From sequence record SRR22947727_4285: DNA of 50,476 nt; one strand, given 5' to 3'. Under the pieces are notes generated by a model. That model did not search any database, was not told the DNA's origin, and was given only the letters and a program-made list of their open reading frames with translations. This document shows, piece by piece, positions 9,637-21,532 of the stretch; position 1 is the stretch's first letter; every line of letters begins with the position of its first letter. Both the position numbers and the translations under genes were made by a program.

Positions 9637-9973
9637 CTCGTGTCCGCCCGTCGCCCTCAGGCACTCGCTGAACGCATTCAGCACGTTATATGTATGGATT
9701 TGGACCGTATACGAGCTCGAGGCGGTGCGTCGTACGGACGCAATGACGCGTCGAAAACGTTTGAGATTTCGTTTGAGATTTCGCGGGAATCTTGGCGCCG
9801 TCGCGATAGAACTTCAAATAGTGTCCGAATCTTGTTTGGTGTTTGTATACATATATATAGTGTTTCTGTAGCCGGGTTCACCTGACTTTTGTCCGTGTGA
9901 GCTGGTGATTTCCCATTTCGAGATTGAGTCGGCAAGGTTTAACCCAGTCGGGTCTTGTTTCCTCACGAACGAT

Positions 9974-12900
9974 ATGAAGGTGAAAACGAATCGTATCTCG
10001 ATATATAAACCGCTCGGCCTTTGCCGTTCGGTGCTTGGGTCGGGCCAGGCGGTCCGCCCGATCCACCCAGCAAAGTCGCGCCTGGCGCCGTCCGGTCGCC
10101 GAGACAGGAGGCCGAGCGTGGCGGTGGAGGCGAGCCACAGCGCCGTCCCACCCGCCCAGGGCCTCTTTAATCCTTCGAACGACAAGGATAATTGCGGTAC
10201 GCGGTCGATTTATCCGTGAACTCTCCGTTGACCCTTACCCTAACCTGGCACTCACTCGACGCGCTTCACCTCCAATGATTCGCAGGTGTCGGTTTCGTGG
10301 CCGAACTGTCGAAGCAGCCGACGCGACGCACGGTCACGGACTCGCTGGAGATTCTCGTTCGAATGACCCACCGCGGTGCCTGCGGGTGCGAGGCCAACAC
10401 GGGAGACGGTGCCGGTATCCTCGTGGGCATCCCCCACGACTTTCTGAGGAAGGAGATCGAGGATTCGGGGACGTTCTCACTGCCGAAGCAGGGAGATTAT
10501 GGGGTCGGAATGGTGTTCCTTCCGAAGGATGCCGAGCAGTACGAGATGGCCAAGTCGGCGCTGAGGAGGGTTGTGGAGTCAAGGGGGCACACGCTTCTGG
10601 GCTGGAGGACCGTGCCCACTGATAGCTCTGATCTGGGGCACGGAGCGCTACAGACGCAGCCCATCATCGAGCAATTCTTCATCACTGAGAGCACACGCTC
10701 GAATGACCTGGAGAAGACGATGGAGCAGCAGATGTACGTCCTGAGGAAGCTGATTGAACAGGGGTGGCGCGTGGCGGGCATGACCGATGATGACGCGTAC
10801 ATCTGCTCCCTATCCTCCGAGACTATCGTGTACAAGGGTCAGTTAACGCCGCAGCAGGTGGAGCAGTTCTTCTTGGACCTGCAGAGCCCGCTATTCACCT
10901 CTTACGTCGCGCTGGTGCACTCGAGGTTCTCCACCAACACCTTCCCGTCGTGGCACAGGTCTCAGCCCATGCGCGTCCTGGGGCACAACGGTGAGATTAA
11001 TACCCTACAGGGCAATGTCAACTGGATGAAGGCGAGACAGGGTGTGATGAGGTGCAACGACCTGCAGGTCACGGAGAGGACCCTGCAGAAGCTGCTACCA
11101 GTCATCCCGAAGAATCAGTCCGACTCGGGTTCGTTCGACTCGGTCCTTGAGCTGCTCATTCGCAGCGGAAGGGACTTGCCGGAGGCCATGATGATGTGCA
11201 TCCCGGAGGCCTGGCAGAACGATCAGCTCATGGACGGGCACAAGCGAGACTTCTACAAGTTCCATTCTTGCATCATGGAGCCGTGGGACGGGCCAGCGCT
11301 GGTCGCCTTCACGGATGGCAGGTATATCGGTGCTACTCTGGACAGGAACGGCCTTCGTCCGGGTAGGTATTACGTGACCAAGGACCAGAGGGTGGTCATG
11401 GCATCCGAGGTGGGTGTGGTCGACATTCCCCCAGCTGACGTAGAGAGGAAGGGAAGGCTCATGCCGGGTAACATCTTTTTGGTGGACTTTGACGCCCACT
11501 GTGTCATCGATGATGCGGCACTCAAGGAGAAATACTCCAACCTGAGGCCGTACGGCGAGTGGCTGAAGAAGGAGACCGTCACGCTGTATGATATTGTCAA
11601 GAGTTCCCCGCACCACCTCGCCCCGCCGGAGATCAACGGGGTCAACACCACGCCCAGCAATGGCAGCGGGCCCCCCAAGGGCCTTCAGAAGCTTTTGCCA
11701 CCCCTGAAGGCGTTCGGATACACGTCAGAGACTATTGACAAGCTCCTGCTGCCGATGTCGGTGTCGGGTGCCGACCCGCTGGGCTCGATGGGCAACGACT
11801 CACCGCTCGCCGTGATGAGCGAGCGTCCCAAGCTCATCTTTGAGTACTTCAAGCAGTTGTTTGCACAGGTGACTAATCCAGCCATCGACCCGATCAGGGA
11901 AAAGCTTGTCACCTCAATGCGCAGCATGATCGGGCCCGAGGGCGACATCACCGAGACCAAGAGCGAGCAGGCGCATAGGCTCGACCTTCCGCACCCCTTC
12001 TTGAAGCCGAACGAGATGGAGGCGATCAAGAGGATGCAGTTCCAAGGTTGGGCGGCCAAGACCATCGACATCACCTGGCCTGTTCATGAGGGGGAGAAAG
12101 GCATTGTTGCCGCCATCGACCGTGTCTGCGCGGAGGCTGCCCTGGCCATAGAGGACGGCTTTGACTTCATCGTACTATCTGATAGGGCGGCCGATAGCAC
12201 GCGTGTCTCCATGAGCTCCCTGATGGCCGTTGGTAGGGTCCACCATCACCTGGTCCAGCTCCAGAAGCGCTCGAGGGTGGGTCTGCTTCTCGAGGCGGCG
12301 GACGCCAGGGAAGTGCACCACTTCTGTTTGCTGCTCGGGTACGGCGTGGATGCATTTTGCCCGTATCTTGCCATGGACACTGTCCTGGCGCTGCAGGAGG
12401 AGGGCATGATCAAGCATACCGCCTCCAAGGACGAGATCCTCGAGCAGTACATCAAGGCATCCCGCGATGGTGTCGTCAAGGTTATGGCCAAAATGGGCAT
12501 CTCCACTGTGGCCTCCTACAGGGGATCTCAGATATTCGAGTCGGTCGGTCTCGGGAATGACGTTGTCAACGCCTGCTTCAAGGGGACTGCCTCGAGGATC
12601 GGCGGCCTTGGCTTCTACGACCTAGCCAGGGATCTCTTGGACCTGCATAGAGTTGCGTACGCCGATAAGTACGCTTCGAATGTGCTTCCGAATCCTGGAA
12701 ACTACCACTTCAGATCGACCTCTGAGAACGACGTGCACCTGAACTCGCCGCTTGCCATGGCCAAGCTCCAGGAGGCGTCTCGCAACGGCGACTCCAAGGC
12801 CTATAAGGAGTACTCTAGGCTTACGCAGGAGCTCAACAAGCAGGTCAACCTGCGCGGGATGCTGAGATTCAAGGCCGCCCCTGGGGGCCCAATCCCCATC

Positions 12901-15900
12901 AGCGAGGTCGAGCCCGCGTCACAAATCTGCAGGAGGTTCGTCACTGGCGCCATGTCGTACGGATCTATCTCTCTCGAGGCCCATACGACACTAGCCATTG
13001 CCATGAACACTCTTGGAGGCAAGTCCAACACCGGAGAGGGTGGTGAGAACCCGAGGAGGCTCAAGCCCAACGAGGATGGCTCCCAGAACGCGATGAGGTC
13101 GGCCATCAAGCAGATTGCTTCGGGAAGATTTGGTGTCACCGCCAACTACCTTACCAACGCTGATGAACTGCAGATTAAGATCTCCCAGGGCGCCAAGCCC
13201 GGCGAGGGAGGCGAGCTCCCCGGTGTCAAGGTGCAGGGCGACATTGCCAAGACGAGGAGGTCGACACCCGGGGTGGGCCTCATTTCTCCGCCGCCGCACC
13301 ACGATATCTACTCTATTGAGGACCTTGCGCAGCTCATTTACGACCTGAAGAGCTCCAACCCGGCCGCGCGCGTGTCCGTCAAGCTGGTGAGCGAGAATGG
13401 AGTGGGCGTCGTCGCGTCAGGGGTGGTAAAAGGCCACGCTGACCACGTGCTCATCTCTGGCCACGACGGAGGCACGGGAGCGGCCAAGTGGACGTCGATC
13501 AAGCATGCGGGACTGCCTTGGGAGCTCGGGTTGGCCGAGACACACCAGACCCTCGTGGCCAACGACCTCCGCAGCAGGACCGTCGTCCAAGCCGATGGCC
13601 AGATGAAGACGGGTCGCGATATTGCGGTCGCCGCGCTTCTGGGTGCCGAGGAGTTTGGATTTGCCACCGCTCCTCTCATCACCATGGGGTGCATCATGAT
13701 GCGCAAGTGCCACACCAACACATGCCCAGTCGGCATTGCCACTCAGGACCCAGTGCTGCGCGCCAAGTTTTCCGGCGAGCCTGAGCACGTCATCAACTTC
13801 CTGTTCATGGTTGCCGAAGAGATGAGGGAATACATGGCCGAGATGGGATTCAGGACAATCGAGGAGATGGTCGGGCGCGCCGACATGCTGGAGGTCGACC
13901 CGGACGTCCAGCGGGCCAATCACAAGCTGGCCGGCATCGACCTGTCGAAACTCTTGGTTCCTGCAGCGACCATTCGTCCAGACGCGAAGCAGACCTGCCA
14001 GATCAAACAGGATCACGGTCTGGACTCTGGCCTGGACGACACCCTCATCTCCCTGTGCAAGGACGCCCTCCCTGACGGTGAGGATGCGTTTCAGACCGTC
14101 AGCATCGAGTCTTACGTGTTTAACACGCACCGCGCCGTCGGTACCACGTTGTCGCACGAGGTGACGAAGCGCTTTGGCGAGGTGGGCCTGCCCAGGGACT
14201 CGATCCACATCAAGCTTCACGGCCATGCTGGACAGTCCCTGGGCGCATGGCTCTGCCCGGGAGTCACCATCGAGCTCGAGGGTGATGCCAACGACTACGT
14301 TGGCAAAGGGCTCTCGGGTGGTGTCCTCGCCGTGTACCCGCCGAGGAAATCCACTTTCGCTCCTCAGGAGAACGTCATCGTTGGGAACGTTTGCCTGTAC
14401 GGGGCCACAGCTGGCGAGGCCTACTTCAGCGGCGTCGCTGCCGAGAGGTTCTGCGTTAGGAACTCGGGCGCTGAGGCCGTGGTCGAGGGTGTCGGAGATC
14501 ACGGATGCGAGTACATGACGGGAGGCGTCGCGGTCATTCTCGGCAAGACGGGAAAGAACTTTGGCGCCGGTATGAGCGGCGGGCTCGCGTTCGTGTACGA
14601 CCCAGCCAAGTCGCTGGGATCCATGTGCAATGTCGATATCGCCTCCGACCTGTTCCCGGTCGCCGAGGAGGAGGACGTCGCGCTATTGAAGCGCCTTGTC
14701 GCCAGCCACCTCGAGCACACGGGCTCGCCTCTCGCGAAGGAGATCCTGGACGATTGGGACGTCTCGGTCACGCGCTTCACCAAGGTGTTTCCCCATGAAT
14801 ATAAGAAGGCATTGGAGGACCTGATCAAGCTCAATTTGGCCCAGAAAGAGGAGGCCGAGGTGCTCGCCAACGCCGAGGGCGACGCGTTTGACACGCTCCG
14901 TAAGATGGCCCTGTCCGTGGTCAACGATGGTCCGGGTATCAAGCCGTCTTCCAAGCACATTGCCTCGCCGTTCACGCCCCGGACCTCTGACGATCCCAAG
15001 GAGGAGTTCGCTAGGCTGCTCCAGGACGCTTCAAGCGGCCTCCCGGTCGCGGGCAGGGACCCCGTCTGGGACGAAAAAAGGCCGAAGCTCGTCGAACAGG
15101 GTGCCACCCAGAAACAAGGTGGCTTCATGAGGTACGAGAGGGACCCACTCTCCTACAGGCCCGTCGATGAGCGCCTCAAGGACTACGACGAGGTGCTTGC
15201 GCCCTCAGCCGGCGGGGTCACAGCCAACCTCCTCAACACCCAGAGCGCCAGGTGTATGGACTGCGGCACCCCATACTGCCTGAACAAAGACACTGGATGT
15301 CCTCTCGGAAACCTGATCCCCGAGTGGAACCAGCTCGTGTGGCAGGGCAGGTGGAAGGAGGCCTGTGACAGGCTGCTCGCCACGAACAACTTCCCGGAAT
15401 TCACTGGGCGCGTCTGCCCGGCGCCGTGTGAGGGTTCGTGCGTCCTCGGCATCAACCAGAACCCGGTGACAATCAAGACCATGGAGGTGTCCATCATCGA
15501 TAAGGCCTTTGAGGAGGGCTGGATCACGCCCCACCCGCCGACGGCGAGGACGGGCAGGCGCGTTGCCATCATCGGCAGCGGGCCCTCGGGCATGGCCGCT
15601 GCTGATCAGCTCAATAAAATGGGACATGCTGTCACCGTCTTTGAGCGCGCCGATCGCATCGGCGGGCTGATGATGTACGGAGTGCCCAACATGAAGACAG
15701 GCAAGAACGAGATCGTCCAGAGGCGAGTGGACCTGATGGCCGCCGAGGGCGTTAAATTTGTGACGAACGCCGCCGTCGGTAAGGCCGTCGACATAAATCC
15801 CCTCAAGGCCGAATCGGACGCCATTGTGCTGGCCGCGGGCGCGACCAAGCCGAGGGACCTCCCTATCGATGGCAGGGGCCTGGCCGGCGTCCACTTCGCC

Positions 15901-16701
15901 ATGGAGTATCTGACGGCCAATACCAAAAGCCTGCTGGACTCCAACCATGTCGACGGCAACTTCATCTCGGCGAAAGGTAAGCGAGTGATTGTAATCGGCG
16001 GTGGGGATACCGGGACCGACTGCATCGGCACGGCCGTCCGCCATGGGGCGAAGAGCGTCGTCAACCTCGAGCTTTTGAGCAAGCCTAGCGAGACGCGGGC
16101 CCCAGGCAACCCGTGGCCTTACTATCCGCGTGTCTTCAAGGTCGACTACGGCCACGCTGAGGCAACGGAGAAGTACGGTCAAGATCCGCGCATCTATGAC
16201 GTCCTGACCAAGCGTTTCATCGGCGACGAGGACGGTAACCTCGTCGGCTTGGAGATCGTGGACGTGGCTTGGACCTTCCCGGCGAGTGGAGGCAGGCCAA
16301 CTTTCGAGGAAGTCGAGGGCAGCGCCCGCCTGATCGAGGCTGACATCTGTCTGCTCGCCATGGGCTTCCTTGGCCCTGAGGAGACGCTCGCTGAGGCTTT
16401 GGGTGTCGAGCTCGACGAGCGCTCGAACTTCAAGGCGCAGTACGGAAGCAGCGGCCATGCGACGAATATCGACGGGGTGTTTGCTGCAGGCGATTGCCGC
16501 CGCGGCCAGAGCCTAGTCGTTTGGGCCATCGCTGAAGGCCGTCAAGTGGCGGACGTGGCACACAACTATCTCATGGAGAGGGAAGCCGTCAACCCCGACG
16601 GCACTGACGAGTTCGAGGGCGGCGTGATTGACCTGGCGCAGTTCGAGGCGGACAGATCGTCGGCCGAGGGAGCACGGGGCCAGGAGGGAGCAGCGGTTTA
16701 G
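9974..16701 (+). CDS. GLT1: NADH-dependent glutamate synthase (NADH-GOGAT), plastid; exons 9974-10196, 10286-16701; ~2212 aa
   Basis: Transit peptide then DNC|GVGFVA (N-terminal nucleophile Cys across intron 10197-10285). Also [38 protein letters not shown] (3Fe-4S), and a fused beta-subunit region [38 protein letters not shown]. Confidence 0.97.
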
Positions 16702-16799
16702 ATACAACAGTGGACTACTGTACAAAAGAACGAAGAGAATGTGCCGTTTCCGAAGTTACTAATAGTTGTTATGATAAAAGATTGTACTCCGAAGACGTC

Positions 16800-18115
16800 T
16801 CAAAGGTTCAGTTCTTTGGCGTTGACGATGCTTGGGGCGGCCTTCGGAATGGCATCGAAGTCGCCGTCAACGAAAACCAGCACGTCATTCGGCTGATCCC
16901 ACACAGGGTGGCCGCTCAAAATGGCGGCGACGTTCTTCGCGGCAAGCGTCGCCATTCCGGATCTCGTCCACAGCGACGCACTGCAAAAGAGCAAGGGCGA
17001 GAGAGATGTGAGACAGGAGCAGGCAACTGAGGGAGTCAGCGAGCGAGATCCGATGCATACCTGGCGATGTGAGGCACAATCACCGCATTCGGACATTCTT
17101 TCAAACCAGGCTTCATCAACGGTTCGTCCTCGAAGACGTCAAGCCCCACGCGGAACTCGGGGTTCGATTGAAGGTGATCCACAAGCGCCACCTCGTCGAT
17201 GACGGGCCCGCGCGCAGCGTTGATCAAAACGGCATCCGACTTCATCAGACCCAACCGCTTTTTGTTGATCAGATGCTTGGTGTTCTCGTCCAGGTTGCAG
17301 TGCAGACTCACGACATTGCTCTCCTTGAGCACGTCCTCCACCGACTCGAGACGTCTGACAGTGATGGGCGCCTCGCCGCGGCTCTCGACCAGCTTTGAGT
17401 AGTCAGCCACATAGTCCTCCAGCCATTTGTTGGGGTACGGGTCGTAGTAGACGAGGTTCATTTTGTGGCCCTCAACCATCATTCGTGCATACGCCGTACC
17501 GATCCTGCCAGCCCCGATGATACCCACGGTCTTGTTCTGGAGCAGCTGCCCCACGAAAAGGTCGGGAAGCCAACCTTCATACTTCTCCGCGCGCATGAAT
17601 CCATCGGCTTCCACCACTCGGCGTGCCGCAGCAAACGTCAGTGAAGCAGCCAGCTCGGCCGTCGTCTCCGTCAGCACCCCCGGCGTGTTCCCCACGGCGA
17701 TCGACCTCTTGGTTGCCTCCGGGACCACCACGTTGTTGTACCCAACCGCGTAGTTCGAGTACGCCTTGCCACCGGCCTCCTTCAGGGCCTCAAACAGCTC
17801 GGTGCCCCAGTCCTCGGTCAGCTGACCCACCACTCCATCGCACTTGGAACCGATCAGCGTCTTGATCGTGGCGTTGTCCAGAATGGTCTGCTCCGACTGA
17901 CAAATCTCCACCCTGCATCCTGCCGAGGTCAGAATGTCCCTCCAGCGTGTACCCGGCAAGTTCTTGGTGACCAAAACACGTTGGGTGCCCGAGGGATTCA
18001 GGATTTCGACAGGAATGCCATCCACCGTCGACGAGGACGAGTAGGTACGAATAGCCGACATAAAAGTACCCCTGCTGCACCTCGAAACGCTCCGACTGAG
18101 TAGAAAAGAAGCCAT
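16800..18115 (-). CDS. HPR1: Hydroxypyruvate reductase / glycerate dehydrogenase, HPR1 type (exons 17061-18115, 16800-16980; ~411 aa)
   Basis: GQLTEDWG, NYAVGYNNV, GNTPGVLTETTAELA, GIIGAGRIG, INAARGPVIDE, GLDVFEDEP and VPHIA|SASLWTRSGMATLAA across intron 16981-17060. Mitochondrial-like presequence; no PTS1. Confidence 0.95.
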
Positions 18116-18230
18116 GAGAAAGAGCGCGAAAAAGAAACCTGGCTAACGTGCGTGATACCAGCAGCGATGGACCCGATGCTGACGCAAGCAGCTTGCATAA
18201 ATTAAATGTGAGAGCCTAGCTAAGCGATCG

Positions 18231-19913
18231 GTGGATTTTGAGGATGGTAGACTTGGGACCTCTCTTGGGACCTCTGCCAGACGCGTCCTTTTCAAAGACC
18301 AGAGGCAGGACGTGGCGATTTCAACGGAAGAAGCAGCTTCTACCGCCATTTCCTTTTCCTCCCCTCACGGTAGGATCCACGACAACTTGATGAGCGCTCC
18401 GAGACCGCTGCTCGGAAGGGCACGCGTAAGGAAGCAGCAGAAATCGAGTAATATAGCACCTTCGAAAGGTGACGATGATCCTGCTGCACCGTCCTCTTCG
18501 GGCCCACGGGAACCTCGCGGGGTTCCTACAGACCTGGTGGCCGTTCAGGACGAACTGGACTGGCTGCTGGACGGCCTCCCATCCGGACCTTCTTTTCAAG
18601 GGCTGCTCGAGCTGCTCTTCAGTAACCAAGGCAGGCATCTTGTCATACAGGTGCCCACGACTGCGCAGTCTATCATCGACCGGTTGGCGGGACTGGACCC
18701 AAATTCTGTGTGTTACGCGGATATTTCCGCCCGCCGAGCCATCGCGTGCCTGCTGCTCATCCTGACGATGTGTGGCCGGCTCTCGTGCTTCACGAATGAG
18801 ACAACGGTGTCGCTCATCAAGCGCATCACCGACGATGCCGGGTCGAACGGCGGCAATAGTGATAAAAAGATGGACATCAATCTGGCCAGGTTTATGGGGG
18901 ACCAGCACGTTTGTCGGTTCGTCCCACGGGAGGTGTCGGCATCACCGTGGTGCGTATGCCTGGCGTGCCTGGCGTACTGCGTGGAGCCGCGGGAGAACTA
19001 CGATCCCAGTAAGATCAAAGCGAGCATTGGTCCTCTGATGGACGTGCTCGTGTCGACGGTGGTGGAGGAGAGCGGGGCACTGAGTGATGTGAACCCGACG
19101 CTCAAGACGGTGATGGCGCTGTGGAAGCTCAAGACGAGTCTGCTGGTGCTAGAGCAGGCGTGCTTCGCGTGTGCGGAGAATCAGAATGTCCTGAACGATA
19201 GAAAGGTGGAGGTAGGTTGTCCGCCACTGGAAAAAGTCGTCGGCTTCAATCAGTTTTTGGTCGGGTTGATCAGGACACTCGCGAGTCATAACCGCCGGCT
19301 CCCGTCCGAGGGCATCAAGAAGGACTGCTTTCTATTGCTGATTTCTGTGCTGATGAACACAACCGAAGGGGACGCGCGTGCATGCCGGGACATCCAGCCC
19401 GAGCACCTCGTCGCCTGCATCAGCAAGCTCTGGAACAACAGCAGGGTTCCCGATCGGGGCAAGTCGCACACGGACGAGTTATGCGCGCTCCTGGGGGTAA
19501 TGATCAACGTCGTGGATGAGATTGGGTGCGAGAGTACCTGCACCGACAGGGAGAGTCTATTGGAACTGGTCACAATACTGTGTGCTATGGTGACGTCTGA
19601 TGCGCAGGACGATGGCGGGGATGATGCAGACGAGGGCACAGTGACGCTTGAGAGTCTCGAACGTAGGGATACCATGCAGAAAAGCTCGGCCGAAGCGTAC
19701 GGCAGCATTCTTTTAGGTTTCTTGGTCGTGGGCAGCGCCGAAGCGCGGGAGCTGGCCAGGGCCCAACTCAAGGGCGGAAGCGGTAGCGGTTTGGAAGGCA
19801 TCAAGGCGAGCATTGAGCGTGTCTTGGCCTTCTATCTTAGTGTGGGTGCGCTCACCCCCAAGACGCAGGCGAGACTGTCGGGTTTGATCGATGCGCTTGG
19901 ACGGCAAACTTGA
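18231..19913 (+). CDS. WAPL: WAPL (wings apart-like) cohesin release factor; true start uncertain (first in-frame ATG 18390)
   Basis: DELDWLLDGL, ISVLMNTTE, LLGVMINVV and EAYGSILLGFL match recalled WAPL-domain motifs in a helical-repeat protein. Confidence 0.7.
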   Translation: MDFEDGRLGTSLGTSARRVLFKDQRQDVAISTEEAASTAISFSSPHGRIHDNLMSAPRPLLGRARVRKQQKSSNIAPSKGDDDPAAPSSSGPREPRGVPTDLVAVQDELDWLLDGLPSGPSFQGLLELLFSNQGRHLVIQVPTTAQSIIDRLAGLDPNSVCYADISARRAIACLLLILTMCGRLSCFTNETTVSLIKRITDDAGSNGGNSDKKMDINLARFMGDQHVCRFVPREVSASPWCVCLACLAYCVEPRENYDPSKIKASIGPLMDVLVSTVVEESGALSDVNPTLKTVMALWKLKTSLLVLEQACFACAENQNVLNDRKVEVGCPPLEKVVGFNQFLVGLIRTLASHNRRLPSEGIKKDCFLLLISVLMNTTEGDARACRDIQPEHLVACISKLWNNSRVPDRGKSHTDELCALLGVMINVVDEIGCESTCTDRESLLELVTILCAMVTSDAQDDGGDDADEGTVTLESLERRDTMQKSSAEAYGSILLGFLVVGSAEARELARAQLKGGSGSGLEGIKASIERVLAFYLSVGALTPKTQARLSGLIDALGRQT

Positions 19914-20068
19914 GATTTTCACCTTCATTTTTCAAAATTCCGCATGCATCGCTGGTCTATGCGGCAGTATACGAATCTGACATAATTTTAGACGATTTGA
20001 ACGGCGCCGCCGACCGCTTTTGCGGGTAGGATTCCCAGCAATCCTAAAATTCGAATTCCTGGTGAAAA

Positions 20069-21391
20069 ATGGCGACCAAGGCCACGCAGCAACCCGAGCA
20101 GCAGCAGCCGCGCCAGTTTCGGGCGCGGCAGCTGGACGTCAACCGTCCGATGGATATCGTGCGCGACGAGTCGCTGCTGGACTCGGTCGAGGTGGCCCGG
20201 GACGTGACCCACGGCCACCAGACGCTCGACGCCGACAACGAAAAGCCAAAGATGGTGCACGTGAGTGGCAAAAGGACCAAAGAGATTCCAACGCCTATCA
20301 CTCTCGACGTGTCGACGTACCAAGTCGACTACCTGCCGTCGTTCATGCCCCGAAACACGTATATCCGTGGTGGCTCCTCGGACAAGAGTTTCGTTGAGTA
20401 CGATCTCGACCAGGGGGATTTGGACTGGTTAAAGACGACCTTGAATTCTGACGGCCAATTGAGGCTATCTCCCGAGCGGTTCGAGCTCTGTCTCTTCAAA
20501 CTTGAGGTGTTCAACGCGTCCAAGCTGGACGCTGTGTTCCAGGGGACGAGTGAGCGGCGGAGCGCGGCAGCGTGCTCCAGCGTCGATTATCTGACTAAGG
20601 CTGACGCCATATCAATGCTGGAAGAGGTGTGCGGCGGCCGGGATACCATCAGAAAAGCGGTTTACGAGTACTGGAAGAAGAAACGGTCTGACCGGGGCAA
20701 GCCCTTGCTGCGGAGGCTGGAGGCTCCGGTGAACTACAATAATCCGAATCCGCTGTTGACGTTCAGGAACAGAGGAGAGGCGCGTGCGAGGCCACAAACG
20801 CGGCGAAGGAGGGAGAACAATCCCGACAGCCTCGACAAGCTGCAGATGATTGGCGACAACATAAAGCAGGCGATTGATCTGTTCCAGCTGATGGTGCGTA
20901 GGGAGCGGAAGAAAAGAGACCTCATATACTGCAGCGTCGAGCGGCAGCGATTGATGGTAGGGTTGCCGGGCGGCACGGTGGAGGGGAGCAAGAGGCCGCG
21001 TGGGTTCGAGGATCTGCCCGAGGCCGCACCGACCGCAACAAACAAGCTGCTCAACTTCAAAGAGGGGAAGAAACGAGGCTGGATCATTGGAGAGGATAGC
21101 ATCTTGAACGCGACGTCGTATCTTGCGGTAGAGCCTGTGATAGAGCGCGATTTCGACTTGGCCCCTCGAATGTACCAAGTTCTGGATGGGAAGGTCGAGG
21201 TGCGGGTCGGGAGGTGTGGGCGGGTGATCGTCGATCGCGCCCCAGTCATCGACGAGGACGAGGAACCGATGGAAAGTCTTTGGGAAGTGGTTGCGCACCG
21301 GGCGGTTAACTCGAGTTGGGAGCGCAGCATTGTGTCGACGTGGGGGACTAGGTTTGACCTGGCCGACTTGGCGCTTTCGAAGCTGACGTGA
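20069..21391 (+). CDS. EPL1: Enhancer of polycomb-like protein (NuA4 subunit)
   Basis: FRARQLDVNRPM, EIPTP, EYDLDQGDLDWL, VYEYWKKKR...PLLRRL, RREKKKR-like coil and RVGRCGRVIVDR. TGTAA at 21478-21482. Confidence 0.88.
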   Translation: MATKATQQPEQQQPRQFRARQLDVNRPMDIVRDESLLDSVEVARDVTHGHQTLDADNEKPKMVHVSGKRTKEIPTPITLDVSTYQVDYLPSFMPRNTYIRGGSSDKSFVEYDLDQGDLDWLKTTLNSDGQLRLSPERFELCLFKLEVFNASKLDAVFQGTSERRSAAACSSVDYLTKADAISMLEEVCGGRDTIRKAVYEYWKKKRSDRGKPLLRRLEAPVNYNNPNPLLTFRNRGEARARPQTRRRRENNPDSLDKLQMIGDNIKQAIDLFQLMVRRERKKRDLIYCSVERQRLMVGLPGGTVEGSKRPRGFEDLPEAAPTATNKLLNFKEGKKRGWIIGEDSILNATSYLAVEPVIERDFDLAPRMYQVLDGKVEVRVGRCGRVIVDRAPVIDEDEEPMESLWEVVAHRAVNSSWERSIVSTWGTRFDLADLALSKLT

Positions 21392-21532
21392 CCCGGCATT
21401 CCTCAAGGAATTCACTGTATAATGCGGCGATTGTACATAACCAGGATTGAGATCTGTCTGTTAAATTCATTCCAGTCTGTAATTGGCCGTTCCACCTCCA
21501 ACGTGAAGATGGGTCCAGAGAGGACCCCTCAT

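Noticed and set aside
10231-10245. Telomere-like CCCTTACCCTAACC
   Set aside because: Only two imperfect units, inside the GOGAT intron; CTAAC is better explained as a branch-point motif.
13417-16458. Long antisense ORFs (361 and 417 aa) opposite GOGAT; similar ones opposite AGT, PDX1, GSNOR and the large unknown gene
   Set aside because: Expected shadow ORFs from high GC3 codon bias on the coding strand; no family motifs.
1-18115. Bacterial operon or recent horizontal transfer as the origin of the enzyme cluster
   Set aside because: The genes have spliceosomal introns, organelle-targeting extensions, mixed orientations and eukaryote-type architecture (fused NADH-GOGAT, NADP-MDH extension).
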